DNA from: Acidimicrobiia bacterium
Lineage (GTDB): Bacteria; Actinomycetota; Acidimicrobiia; Spongiisociales; ZC4RG35
Assembly: GCA_965203555.1 (NCBI GenBank)
Contig: CBDBCY010000004.1
Coordinates: forward strand, 32,001 to 96,000
Length of the DNA stretch: 64,000 nucleotides
Reading direction: 5' to 3'
Each line of letters starts with the position of its first letter. Within the stretch, counting starts at the first letter, position 1. Under the pieces are notes generated by a model. It worked only from the letters and a program-made list of their open reading frames with translations, was not told the origin of the DNA and searched no databases. This document shows, in pieces, positions 1 through 9,752 of the stretch. A program made the position numbers and the translations under genes.

Positions 1-231
1 TTCCAGGGTGAAGGACCCGTCGAGGTAGGCAGCCAGCACCGCCCAGGTGAGATCGGTGTCGTCGGTTCCCTGTCCGGGGCGCCATCGGAAAGCTCCGCCA
101 CCGGTTATCTCACGGTGAACGCCGTATCTGCGTTCGATCTGAGTGGCAGACATGAATTCCAGGGTCGCCCCGAGCGCGTCACCCGCCGCCACACCCAGCA
201 AGCCGCCACCGATCCGATCGGCAAGATTCAT
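1..231 (-). CDS. ADP-ribosylglycohydrolase (DraG/ARH family), N-terminal part, runs off the window
   Basis: Manual translation MNLADRIGGGLLGVAAGDALGATLEF...PGQGTDDTDLT shows the GDALG and TDDT motifs; AAAGGAG RBS upstream. Confidence 0.9.
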   Translation of the reverse strand, partial: MNLADRIGGGLLGVAAGDALGATLEFMSATQIERRYGVHREITGGGAFRWRPGQGTDDTDLTWAVLAAYLDGSFTLE

Positions 232-373
232 CGAAGTACTCCTTTGCCGGCTGGTTCTTTCAGCCTATCGCCCCTGAAGAAGGGCGGGTGGGCGTTTGGT
301 CTCTTGAAACGTCCTCCACCTAATGGTGGATTTCTCACGTTCCCGCCGTTAATCTGATCTGGCAGACCCTGTC

Positions 374-1634
374 ATGTCAAACCCTGTAACGGAGGCGCTT
401 TTGGGACCTCTCGACGTCAAGTACGCCCGCGCCCAGTTTCCCGCCTTTGCGGACTCCCGGCTCTCGGGCTGGGGGGCACTTCGAAAACGCGGGCGGTTCC
501 TATGTGTGTCGCCAAGTGATCGATCGGTTGACCGCCTTCTACCGTCACACCAAGGTTCAGCCCGAATACGGCTTTCCACTCTCGGTCCGCGCCGCCGAAG
601 CCATGGAAAACTCCTACCGGCGCCTGGCGGCGTGGATGGGCGTGGGAGAGGACGAGATCCACTTCGGACCGTCCACGTCGCAGAACACCTACGTGCTGGC
701 CAGGGCATTCCGCTCCATGTGGCGGGACGGGGACGAGATCGTGGCGTCCACCCAGGACCATGAGGCCAACGCCGGGGTGTGGAGGCGTCTGGCGCCGACG
801 GGGATCACGGTCCGGGAGTGGCGAGTTCATCCCGGGAAGGGGACCCTGGACGTTTCGGATCTCGACGGGTTGCTGACCGAACGAACCCGACTGGTTGCTT
901 TTCCCCACGCTTCCAACATCGTGGCCGCTGTCAACCCTGTAGCGGAGGTTGTGGCCAAGGCTTCGGCGGTGGGCGCCAAGGTGGTGGTGGACGGGGTGTC
1001 CTACGCTCCGCACGGTCTCCCTGACATAGGGGCGCTGGGGGTGGATGTTTATCTTTTTTCCGGCTACAAGACGTGGGGTCCGCACCAGGGGGTGATGTTC
1101 GTCCGCCGGGATCTGGCCGAGCGGCTGGGGAACGAGGGCCACTATTTCGTGGCCGATGATCTCCGGCACAAGCTGGTTCCGGCCGGACCCGACCACGCAC
1201 AGGTGGCGGCGTGCGGTGGAATCGTCGACTACCTGGACGATCTGTATACCCATCACGGAGGGGAGAAGGCGTCTCCGGTGGAGCGAGGCCGCGCTGTTCA
1301 CGATATGTTCCGAGCCCATGAGACGAGGCTTCTGGGGCGACTGCTGGACTACCTGGCCGACCGTGACGACCTGCGGGTGGCGGGGCCGACCGACGCTACC
1401 CGGCGGGCGCCCACCGTCTCCATCCTCCCGCTGAAGCGGCCGGTCACTGCGGTGGCGGAGTCTCTGATCGGCAGCGGCATGATGGTGGGGAACGGGGACT
1501 TCTACGCTCCCCGCCTGCTGGAGGAGATGGGAATCGCCCCCGACCCGGGAGTGCTGAGGATGTCGTTCATCCACTACACCACCGAAGGCGAGATAGGACG
1601 CCTTATCGCCGCCCTGGATCGCGCCCTGGGGTGA
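374..1634 (+). CDS. Class V aminotransferase / cysteine desulfurase-like protein, one frameshift at the G6 run 471-476
   Basis: N-terminus (LDVKYARAQFPAF) is in the 374 frame; FENAGGS, DHEAN, DGVSYAPH and FSGYKTWGPH are in the 447 frame; removing one G joins them. Confidence 0.85.
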
Positions 1635-1636
1635 GA

Positions 1637-3040
1637 CTAAGGGTCTTCCCAGAGTTCTCCGGTGGCGCCGAAGAAGGCGAACCATGCGAACCAGAAATCG
1701 TTGCGGTGCGGGGCGAATTCCAGTTGGGCGCCGTTCAACGGACCGTCGACGGCCTGTCCCAGCAGGTTCCAGGTGCTGTTGGTCTGATCGTCGGTGAAGA
1801 GGTCCTCTCCGGAAGCGGTGAAGGTAAGAGTTGTATCGCTGGTCAATGCTATGAAGGCGACCCCGGTCCCGATGGCCCGGCTGTCGGGCATCACCGACCT
1901 GTCCAGGGCATCCGCGGTGTGGGCCGCTCCCCACATCACCACGATCGGCACTTCATCCACCGTGTCGTTGATAACTCGGACCGCTTCCAACCCCTCGAAG
2001 GGATAAGCCTTGGCCTCGTTGTTGATGTTCACGCCCACCACTCGCGACAGGGCCGGAAGCCGGTCGTCCAATTCGCCGCTGTACAGGAAAGGCCGAGTGG
2101 AGGAGGAGTATCCCACATAGGGATTGGTTCCATAGGAGATCCCGAAAGCCTGGTCCGGGCCGAGTACGCAGCCGTGGGGATGAGAGTCTGCGAACTCTGA
2201 GAACGCCACGATCGCTGACGGAACATACGCCAAGGGCGACTCGCCGGCGTAGGCGCCCACCACCGGTTCCCCAGTGATCTGCTGCCACAGCGAGGTGGTT
2301 TCCAGGTCCCACATCACCAGGTCGGAGTTGCGCAGCAGCCCCGAGACGCCGAAGCGCAGATAGGTCCCGTTCACCACCGGGTCGAAGGCAACCGCGGTAT
2401 TGCACAGTGGGCAGTAAGTGACGGCCACCGGACGGTCGCCGAAGCGGTCGTTGACGATCTCGTGCCGGGTAAGCACCCGCAGGGGATAGAACCGGGCATG
2501 GCCGCCGATCCTGACCAGCATCCCCGGGTCTCGGTCCGAAAGCCATTCCTGCGCCTCGCCGACCTCGACAAAGACGGGCCGGTCGATGGGCGGGATCAGG
2601 TCGCGGGGATCGCGGGCGGGGATTCCCAGGCCCAGTTCCTGGAGGTCGATGGTGGTTCGGGACCAGTCGGTGGGCCAGGGCGCTGCGGCGTTTTCCAGAT
2701 GAGAAGGGGGAGGATGGGGATTGTTCTGTGACACGGGACGGACAATTGTTGGTATGTCGGGCGGTGGAGGACACCCTTCGGCGAGATCTGTCTGCGGCGC
2801 CGGTGCGGAGACGGTGGTGGAAGGCGCCGGTGCGGGGAGGGTGGTGGAAGTTGCGGGACCCGGGAAGTCGGTAGGGTCATCGGTGGGGGTGGCTTCGAAG
2901 GTGGTGGTGGAAGGAGCTTCGGTCGCCGAACTGGGGACGGTTGAACCGGACGGGGAATCATCCCCACCACAGGCGGTGGCAAGCATCACGAGCGCCAAGC
3001 TTATGGCGCCGCCCCTCAGCCACGGGGGACTGCTGGACAT
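1637..3040 (-). CDS. DUF3179-domain lipoprotein with Pro/Thr-rich linker
   Basis: Lipobox LATAC; HEIVND, TYCPLCN, GVSGLLRNSDLVMWD and FWFAW motifs. Confidence 0.85.
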   Translation of the reverse strand: MSSSPPWLRGGAISLALVMLATACGGDDSPSGSTVPSSATEAPSTTTFEATPTDDPTDFPGPATSTTLPAPAPSTTVSAPAPQTDLAEGCPPPPDIPTIVRPVSQNNPHPPPSHLENAAAPWPTDWSRTTIDLQELGLGIPARDPRDLIPPIDRPVFVEVGEAQEWLSDRDPGMLVRIGGHARFYPLRVLTRHEIVNDRFGDRPVAVTYCPLCNTAVAFDPVVNGTYLRFGVSGLLRNSDLVMWDLETTSLWQQITGEPVVGAYAGESPLAYVPSAIVAFSEFADSHPHGCVLGPDQAFGISYGTNPYVGYSSSTRPFLYSGELDDRLPALSRVVGVNINNEAKAYPFEGLEAVRVINDTVDEVPIVVMWGAAHTADALDRSVMPDSRAIGTGVAFIALTSDTTLTFTASGEDLFTDDQTNSTWNLLGQAVDGPLNGAQLEFAPHRNDFWFAWFAFFGATGELWEDP

Positions 3041-3067
3041 GAAACCGAGTCTAACCAGGGCTCTACT

Positions 3068-3451
3068 ATGATTGAGTCTATGGGGGGCGACTACGACCGC
3101 TCAACGGCGACGGGTTCTGCACTAAAGAGCAGGGTTGATATTGAGGCTTGCCGCAGAGAGTTCCGAAGACTGTTTGACATATGGGACGAAGAAACCGAAT
3201 TTTTTTCTTCCCCTCATCAGATGTACGGTCACTGGGCTTACCGGCAAATCATTGAACTCGGAGAGCCGGCTATTCCCTACATGCTAGGCGAAATGCAAAG
3301 AGGGCTTCAGCCGCTCGGTTTCGCCTTGCGAGCTGTTTCGGGGGAGACCCCTATTCGGGATTCAGGGGCAACCACGGCAGAGAAGGCCGCTGCGTGGATA
3401 GCATGGGGAAAAGAGAAAGGGCATGACCCTACCCTTCGCGTGACCCGATAA
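3068..3451 (+). CDS. Conserved hypothetical helical protein (H.AY.QII.LGEPAIP type), partner of the next gene
   Basis: Open ORF with a recognisable HWAYRQIIELGEPAIPYML...W..WG pattern; overlaps the downstream gene. Confidence 0.6.
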   Translation: MIESMGGDYDRSTATGSALKSRVDIEACRREFRRLFDIWDEETEFFSSPHQMYGHWAYRQIIELGEPAIPYMLGEMQRGLQPLGFALRAVSGETPIRDSGATTAEKAAAWIAWGKEKGHDPTLRVTR

Positions 3452-3898
3452 TCGAGTCTCTCTTCCCCGATCTCGCCACAGAGGATTCGTGGTATGAAGT
3501 AGCGAGTCCTCGTGACGCAGAGTACAACTGTCACGCCTTCGCGATGGGAGACACAACAAGACGGTGGGCGCCGATTGGGGCATCGGGGGAGGAAGGGGAA
3601 GACTTCTTTTGGCCCCTGCCGATCCTCGAGAACCAGGCTGATAACTTCTTCGCCCTGTTTGAATCGGTCGGCTATGAACAGTGCGAGCATGGTGAACCGG
3701 AAGAAGGTTTCGACAAGTTGGCCTTGTTCTTTGACGATTGGGGCCGCGTGACGCATACCGCGTTCCAGCGGGACGGAGAGAGCCACTGGGCAAGCAAACT
3801 AGGCCGATCATTTTGACATCAGACACGACCGGGTTGATGCGGTGGGTGGCCATCTGTACGGCTGGCCGGAGGCTTACTTCAGTCGCCCCGTCTTTTAG
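3423..3898 (+). pseudogene. DUF7689-like protein (YNC...H...W.SKLG), frameshifted near 3427 and at T4 3811-3814
   Basis: Reconstructed IIESLFPDL...EYNCHAFAMGD...VTHTAFQ...HWASKLGRSF/DIRHD...LYG; the family name is recalled, not searched. Confidence 0.6.
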
Positions 3899-4147
3899 AA
3901 CCGACATGCCTGTTGGCGATCACTGAAAGTTCCGACCTCCTGGGGCGAATACCCGTGGTTGGGTGGGGCTCTCTCCGAGCTGAGGGATTGTCACATTCCC
4001 AACCGTGGAGAGGAGCCCTACCCCTTATGTTGGTTGTGAGAATAGGGGGGAGAACGTGGAAGCCCACGCTTTGAAGAAGCGGGGCCGAGGCCGCCCGGCG
4101 ACTTATAGTTACCTCCCAATGGGAAAGGCTTCCCCGAGGATCGCAGC

Positions 4148-5506
4148 ATGAACAGCCGCCCGTCGCTTTCGGCCGACGCGCCAACCGAACAGGCCGCTTG
4201 TACGGTGTCGGAACTGGTCAAGTGGATACAGGAGGCCTTGGCGAGGGCTCTTCCGGCGAGAGTGTGGGTGACGGGAGAGGTTGCCAACCTGACCAGATCC
4301 AACGCCGGGCACATTTACCTGGATCTGGTCGAACGAGGACCGGAGGGTACCGGGGATGACCAGGTCCTGCTCCACGCGGTGATATGGGAGAGTCGCAAGC
4401 TCGCCATCAACCAGGCCCTGCGGGAGGCGAATTGGGGCCGGGTATCGGATGGAGACGAGATAAAGGTCAGGGTGGGGGTGGAGTTCTACCCGCCGCAGGG
4501 AAAGGTCACTCTGCAGGTCTATGAGGTCGATCCCCATTACACCCTGGGCAGATGGAAGCAGGAGCGAGAAAAGGTGGTGGCGGTGTTGCGGGAGGAGGGA
4601 GTCCTGGAAAGGAATAAACAACTCCACCTACCCGTCGCTCCTTACCGGGTAGGCCTTATCACCAGCGCAAAGAGCAACGCCCATGCGGACTTCATGACCA
4701 CCCTGTCGGACAGCGGATTGGGATGGCAGGTGGATTTTCATCACTCCGGCGTGCAGGGCGACGCCGCCCGCGCAGCTTTGACCGGGGCGGTCAGGCGGCT
4801 TTCCGAAATCGGTCCGGATGTCATCTGTATCGTCCGGGGAGGCGGCGCCACCACCGATCTGGCGGTGTTCGACCATGTGGAGGTGGCGCGGTCAATCGCA
4901 CATTGCCCGGTGCCGGTGATCACCGGCATAGGCCACGAGTTGGATCGCACGGTCACGGACCTGGTCGCTCATCGCTCCGAGCGAACCCCCACCGCCTGCG
5001 CCGGGTGGCTGGTGGGGCGGGTGAGAGGATTCGCCGACCGGGTGTACGGCTCGGGGAGGGAGATAGCGGAAGCTGCCGATGGGTTGGTGAGACGGCATCG
5101 TCGACGCCTGGACGGCTCGCCTGCCGAGGTGGCCGGCGCCGTGGACAGGGCCCTTTCCCGGCGCCGTCAACAGTTGGACAAATCGGTCCCGTTGTTGCCC
5201 GCCTGCGTGCGGCCCCATCTGCGTGCCGCCGAGGCGGTGATTGCTGCTCGCCGCGTTGCCCTGGTCAGGGATTCGGGACAGAGTCTCAGCCGGGAGCGAT
5301 CCCGGCTCGGCAATGCACAGCAGGTGGTGGAGGCTTATGATCCGCGGCTCAATCTGGTCCGAGGTTGGTCGATCACCCGTCATCGGGGTGGGGGAGTTAT
5401 CAGTTCCATATCACAGATCGGTTCGTCGGAGACGATCGAGACGTGGCTTTCTGACGGTACGGTGGTGAGCACGGTGTCCGAGACCCTACCTGACCGTGCA
5501 CCGTGA
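4148..5506 (+). CDS. xseA: Exodeoxyribonuclease VII large subunit
   Basis: VWVTGEVAN, GHIYLDL, VRGGG and TGIGHE.D...TPT motifs; xseB adjacent. Confidence 0.95.
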   Translation: MNSRPSLSADAPTEQAACTVSELVKWIQEALARALPARVWVTGEVANLTRSNAGHIYLDLVERGPEGTGDDQVLLHAVIWESRKLAINQALREANWGRVSDGDEIKVRVGVEFYPPQGKVTLQVYEVDPHYTLGRWKQEREKVVAVLREEGVLERNKQLHLPVAPYRVGLITSAKSNAHADFMTTLSDSGLGWQVDFHHSGVQGDAARAALTGAVRRLSEIGPDVICIVRGGGATTDLAVFDHVEVARSIAHCPVPVITGIGHELDRTVTDLVAHRSERTPTACAGWLVGRVRGFADRVYGSGREIAEAADGLVRRHRRRLDGSPAEVAGAVDRALSRRRQQLDKSVPLLPACVRPHLRAAEAVIAARRVALVRDSGQSLSRERSRLGNAQQVVEAYDPRLNLVRGWSITRHRGGGVISSISQIGSSETIETWLSDGTVVSTVSETLPDRAP

Positions 5507-5766
5507 ACGTCCCAGGAGGTAACGAGACTATGAGCCGATCCGCCGCCGCTTCGGACTTGCCGGACAGCTATGCCGCCGGTCTGGCGGAACTGGAAGAGAT
5601 CCTCGATTATCTACGGGGAAGGGACGTGGACCTGGAGGCGTTGGCGGAGAAGGTGGAACGGGCAGGGCAACTCATCCGGTTCTGCCGGCAGAGGTTGGAC
5701 GACATCTCCCTGCGGGTCAACGACGTGCTGGACTCGGTGAAAGCGGCGCTGGACGAGGACCGATAA
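5503..5766 (+). CDS. xseB: Exodeoxyribonuclease VII small subunit
   Basis: SY..GLAELEEI...LIRFCRQRL; overlaps xseA (alternative start 5530). Confidence 0.9.
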   Translation: MNVPGGNETMSRSAAASDLPDSYAAGLAELEEILDYLRGRDVDLEALAEKVERAGQLIRFCRQRLDDISLRVNDVLDSVKAALDEDR

Positions 5767-5823
5767 CCGGCCCCTGGCGGCCTTGTCTGTCCGGAGCAGG
5801 ACGTGTGCGGGGTTTGGCGTCCT

Positions 5824-6678
5824 CTATCCCTGCGAGAAGTCGGGAGGCGCCATGGTGCCCGGCAGGGCGTTTCGGTAGTCGGCAAACAGGGTCTGCACCG
5901 ATCGGCCGATTCCCCCTTTTGCGTCGAAGAGCTGGGAATGGGCCACCCCTCGTCCCAGGTCGGCGAACCAGGACACAGAACGCAGCCCCACCCACTCTCC
6001 GGCCGGCATACGCAGCAACTGGACGGTGAGATCGGCGTTCATGAACACCCAGGAGGTGGGCAGCACCGAACTCACGCCGTTTCCGTGGTCCGCGGATATG
6101 ACAGCTCTTTGGAGAGGGGTCAACGCTTCTCCGGCAACCAGGGGAGTGAGGATCCGCAACCACACCGCCCCCGGGCCCGGCTGGTCGAACGTTCCCTCCG
6201 CCTGGCGCATCTCCACTCCGTGGCGGTGGAAATACGGGCGACCGCTCACCCCGACTCCCACCCGTTCCCTGTCGACCGGCTCAGCCTCAGCTACCGGTAG
6301 AGGTAGAAGCGACGGATCAGGACGTGCTGTCCGGGGAATGGGGCGGTCGGCGACGCGCAGGCGCATGGCGGTGGCTTGGGCGAGTTCGGTGTCCCCCGCC
6401 GACAGGAAGGCGCGTACCAACTGTATGCGCTTTCCCTCCCTGAGGACGGAGGTGGTTACCCGCAGGGGAACCGTGGGCACCACCCGGAAGATGTCCACTG
6501 TCAGCCTGGCCACTTCCATGGGAGTCAGTGTTGGGACCGACTCCAGGGCCCTGGCCATGAGGCCGGCAACCAGCCCGCCATGCTGTCCGTCCTCGTACCA
6601 ACCGGATTGGGAAAGCGGGGTGGATTCCACCACTTGCGGATCGCCTGTGGGCAGATAGGGGGCCGGAGGAATCTCCAT
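5824..6678 (-). CDS. Thioesterase family (double hotdog) protein
   Basis: [15 protein letters not shown] and FMNADLTV motifs. Confidence 0.85.
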   Translation of the reverse strand: MEIPPAPYLPTGDPQVVESTPLSQSGWYEDGQHGGLVAGLMARALESVPTLTPMEVARLTVDIFRVVPTVPLRVTTSVLREGKRIQLVRAFLSAGDTELAQATAMRLRVADRPIPRTARPDPSLLPLPVAEAEPVDRERVGVGVSGRPYFHRHGVEMRQAEGTFDQPGPGAVWLRILTPLVAGEALTPLQRAVISADHGNGVSSVLPTSWVFMNADLTVQLLRMPAGEWVGLRSVSWFADLGRGVAHSQLFDAKGGIGRSVQTLFADYRNALPGTMAPPDFSQG

Positions 6679-6720
6679 CAGATCGGAGAGAATATCACCT
6701 TCCGAGTAGGGTTAAAACCG

Positions 6721-7209
6721 ATGGCGAAAAACAAGGTGTGGAGAGCGGCGGTGATCACCATGAGCGACGGCGTGATCGCCGGAACCCGTCAGGACCGTTC
6801 CGGGGATGTCCTTTCGGATTTGTTGACCGGGGCCGGCTACCGACTGGTGTTCCGCACCGCCGTGGAGGACACCGAGTCCATCATCGTCGAGACCCTGCTG
6901 GAAGCGTGCGCCCGGGCGGATCTGGTGGTCACCACCGGCGGCACCGGCCTGGGTCCTCGGGACGTTACGCCCGAGGCCACCCGCCGGGTGATCGACCGGG
7001 AGGCTCCCGGGCTGGCCCACACGATGATGGCCGCCGGTTTGGCCATAACTCCCATGGCGGGGCTGTCGCGGGCAGTGGTGGGGGCTCGGGGAACGACCCT
7101 GATCATCAATCTCCCCGGCAGTCCGAAGGGGGTGGTGGAGAACCTGGAGTCGGTGCTGGGACTCCTGCCCCACGCTCTCGATCTGCTGGCCGGAGACACC
7201 GCTCACTGA
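6721..7209 (+). CDS. mog: MogA/MoaB molybdopterin adenylyltransferase family
   Basis: [25 protein letters not shown]. Confidence 0.92.
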   Translation: MAKNKVWRAAVITMSDGVIAGTRQDRSGDVLSDLLTGAGYRLVFRTAVEDTESIIVETLLEACARADLVVTTGGTGLGPRDVTPEATRRVIDREAPGLAHTMMAAGLAITPMAGLSRAVVGARGTTLIINLPGSPKGVVENLESVLGLLPHALDLLAGDTAH

Positions 7210-7246
7210 GAAGCGAGGGGTCTCCCACCCCGGCAATACCAAGAGT

Positions 7247-7268
7247 TGTCACACCCGCCTTCCATACT
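7247..7268 (+). promoter_or_regulatory. TGTCAC-N10-CATACT promoter, 7 nt before the rmuC ATG (PafBC/RecA-NDp-like)
   Basis: TGTCAC ACCCGCCTTC CATACT GGTGGGC ATG. Confidence 0.7.
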
Positions 7269-7275
7269 GGTGGGC

Positions 7276-8448
7276 ATGGAACTTTTCATCATCATCTCCC
7301 TGGCAGTGGTGGCTGTCCTGTTGGTTTGGGACATTGCCCAGCGCCGCCGGGTTCGCCGGGACAGCCAGGTGCAACAGCACTCCGAAGAGACTCTGCACGC
7401 AGTGCTGGAGGCACTGGGGCGGGATCGGCAGGAACGACTCCTCGAGGCACGGGCGCTCACCGAGAAGACCGCCACCGCCGCCGCCGCCGAGGCGGCCCGC
7501 ATGGCCAAAGCCGAGTTGGAGACCCAGTCCCGCTCCAGCGCCGACCTGATCTCCCAGCAGCAGCGGACCTTCAGCCGCACCGCCGAGCAGATCGGGAAAC
7601 AGATCGCCGGGATCCAAAGCGACCTCACCAACCGCCAGGGCAGTTGGTCCAAGCAGTTCGGGCAGGTCAGCGAAACCCTGGCCAAGCTGGGTGGCACCAC
7701 CGAAACGCTGACCAACATGCTGAACTCCTCCGGTCAGAAGGGGAGTTGGGGCGAACGGGTCGCCGAGGACATACTGCGGGCGGTCGGCATGAAAGAGGGC
7801 GTCTCCTACCAGGTACGCAAGAGGCTGCCGGGAGGCCAGATTCCCGACTTTGCGTTCCATCTTCCGCGGGGACAGTTGCTGTGCATGGATTCCAAGCTGC
7901 CCTTCGACTCCTATCGCCACTACCAGGAGGCCGCCGAATCCGAGAAGGGGAGGCACCGGCGGGAGTTTTTGAAGACGGTGCGGGGACACGTCCGGTCCCT
8001 GTCGGTCAAGTCGTACGGGGACGCCGGTCTGGTCCTGATGTTCATTCCACTCGAGTCCATCTACTCATTCATCTGGGAGAGCGACCACCAGGTGCTGGAC
8101 TACGCCTTCGAGAGGGGGGTGATGTTGTGCGGCCCCTCCAACCTGTTCGCGATTCTCACCCTGGTGAGGGAAGCCAACGTGGCGTTTGCGCTGGAGAAGA
8201 CCGGAGACCAGGTGCTGGAAGTCCTCAACCAGATGAAGAAGGAGTGGCTGCAGACCCGCAAGTCGATCAACGTCCTCCAAGGCCACATCAACAAGGCCAA
8301 CAACAAGGCGGGTGAGATCACCGGCAAGCACTACCAGGCCATGGACGAGGTCTTCGACCGGATCGACGAGGTGCGCTCCGACCGGGGAATGGAACCCACG
8401 GACACGGCCTTGCCTGGCGAGTCGCCGCCTCTGCTCAGGGTCTCCTAA
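7276..8448 (+). CDS. rmuC: DNA recombination protein RmuC
   Basis: N-terminal TM plus coiled coil; KGSWGE, PD...LP...DSK.P, VLMFIP.ES motifs. Confidence 0.9.
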   Translation: MELFIIISLAVVAVLLVWDIAQRRRVRRDSQVQQHSEETLHAVLEALGRDRQERLLEARALTEKTATAAAAEAARMAKAELETQSRSSADLISQQQRTFSRTAEQIGKQIAGIQSDLTNRQGSWSKQFGQVSETLAKLGGTTETLTNMLNSSGQKGSWGERVAEDILRAVGMKEGVSYQVRKRLPGGQIPDFAFHLPRGQLLCMDSKLPFDSYRHYQEAAESEKGRHRREFLKTVRGHVRSLSVKSYGDAGLVLMFIPLESIYSFIWESDHQVLDYAFERGVMLCGPSNLFAILTLVREANVAFALEKTGDQVLEVLNQMKKEWLQTRKSINVLQGHINKANNKAGEITGKHYQAMDEVFDRIDEVRSDRGMEPTDTALPGESPPLLRVS

Positions 8449-8814
8449 CCGGGCGACAACCCTGCCATCCGCCGCTGCCGGACCAACTACCGAACAGCCC
8501 CCGAAGGGCACCCTACCCGACTACGGGCATCTGCTCCCCCCAGGTGGAATTCCTACGATCTCCAACGCTATACCGGAGTCGGTCCCCAACGGCGGGTCGT
8601 CACACTGGGGAGAGGCGCCTATCGAAAGGCGTCTCGTGAATGACTGGAGATAACGATGGACTCCGATCTGGTTGGCTCGAACGGCAGAACCCCAGAAGAG
8701 GAGAGGCAGTACCGGGCGGAGAACCGCCTTACGTTGCGTACCACGCCCCCAACTCCAGAGGAGCGCTGCCGACGGACTCTCAAAACCGGGCGACCACCCC
8801 GCTGTGGCCAGAGG

Positions 8815-9275
8815 TTACTCATCAATCAAGAGATGAACCGTGGCGGGCTCTGGTTTCACTTGCGGTAACCACTGGTCAAGCCGATCGTGGATACCCGTGA
8901 ACCCGGCGTGCATTTCCTCTCGTAGATTATCCAATTCGGCGCGGAGTCGCTGTTCCCAGTGAGTATCTTGCTCGGCGATTATGCGGTTGATTTCACCAAA
9001 CTCCCTCTTGACTTCCCTTTTGACTTCGTCAAACCTCTTATCAACTTCGCCAAACTCCCTCTTGACTTCGCGTCAAACCTCTTATCAACTTCGCCAAACT
9101 CCCTCTTGACTTCCCTCTTGACTTCCAAACTCTTATCGACTTCACCAAACTTCTTATCGACTTCGCCAAACTTCTTATCGACTTCGCCAAACTTTCTCTC
9201 CAGGACAGCTTCCAATTGTTGAGCGAACGTGGCGAAACAATGCTGCAAATATTCTTCGGTGACCGGCCTGCTCAT
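8815..9275 (-). CDS. Coiled-coil protein with FGEVDK(K/R)/EVKRE tandem repeats, frameshifted within the repeat tract
   Basis: After a frame change near 9070 the reading continues ...EVKREFGEINRIIAEQDTHWEQRLRAELDNLREEMHAGF...LIDE* to 8815. Confidence 0.65.
8995..9195. repeat. Mixed 21-nt and 12-nt imperfect tandem repeat
   Basis: Repeated AAACTTCTTATCGACTTCGCC and CTCCCTCTTGACTT-type units. Confidence 0.85.
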
Positions 9276-9752
9276 TGGGAACGGACCTTAATGCTGGTGT
9301 TGATCATGCCTGCCATGATAGCAGACCAAGCAGATTGATTGCCAACCTGTTCTTATCTGGTATCTCGTTGAATACCCTGATCTATGATCTTTGGTGGGTG
9401 GCTGGCCGCCAAGGGGGGTGAAGTGGGAACCCTGTGTCAGATGGTTGACGGGGTTGGGAATCCGGCCCGCAGGGGTTGAGACTCCCTATCGGCAAGCAGG
9501 GCAACTTCCGGTGGCCGGGCGCCCGGGTAGCGAAACGGCACGACCGGGGCGTCCACGGGGAGGGATCGCGGCGTTCTTGGTCCTCCTTTGCCGTCGGGTC
9601 CGATCGTCGGTGCACCCTGTTCGGCCGTTTCCCGTCCGGGGCTCTGCCGGTCCATGGGAGCGGTTGTTTCGCTCATGGCTGGTTCGATGGCGCCGTTGGG
9701 CTGGCAGTCGCATTCCTTCGCCTGCTCCCGATGGCGTATCCTGATAGGCGAC

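Noticed and set aside
1637-3040. Selenoprotein recoding in DUF3179 or the radical SAM tail
   Set aside because: Both have Cys codons at the relevant motifs (CPLC, CCAEP) and no in-frame TGA
8656-8868. 70-aa ORF with a GGAG RBS and an upstream hairpin
   Set aside because: No recognisable motif and it overlaps the reconstructed 3' end of the opposite-strand repeat gene; cannot be supported, though not excluded
8995-9195. Possible CRISPR array
   Set aside because: Units are contiguous codon-multiple repeats without unique spacers and encode a heptad protein; no cas1/cas2 nearby
9320-9750. RNase P, tmRNA, Ms1 or riboswitch in the long intergenic region
   Set aside because: No hallmark sequence of these RNAs could be recognised by eye
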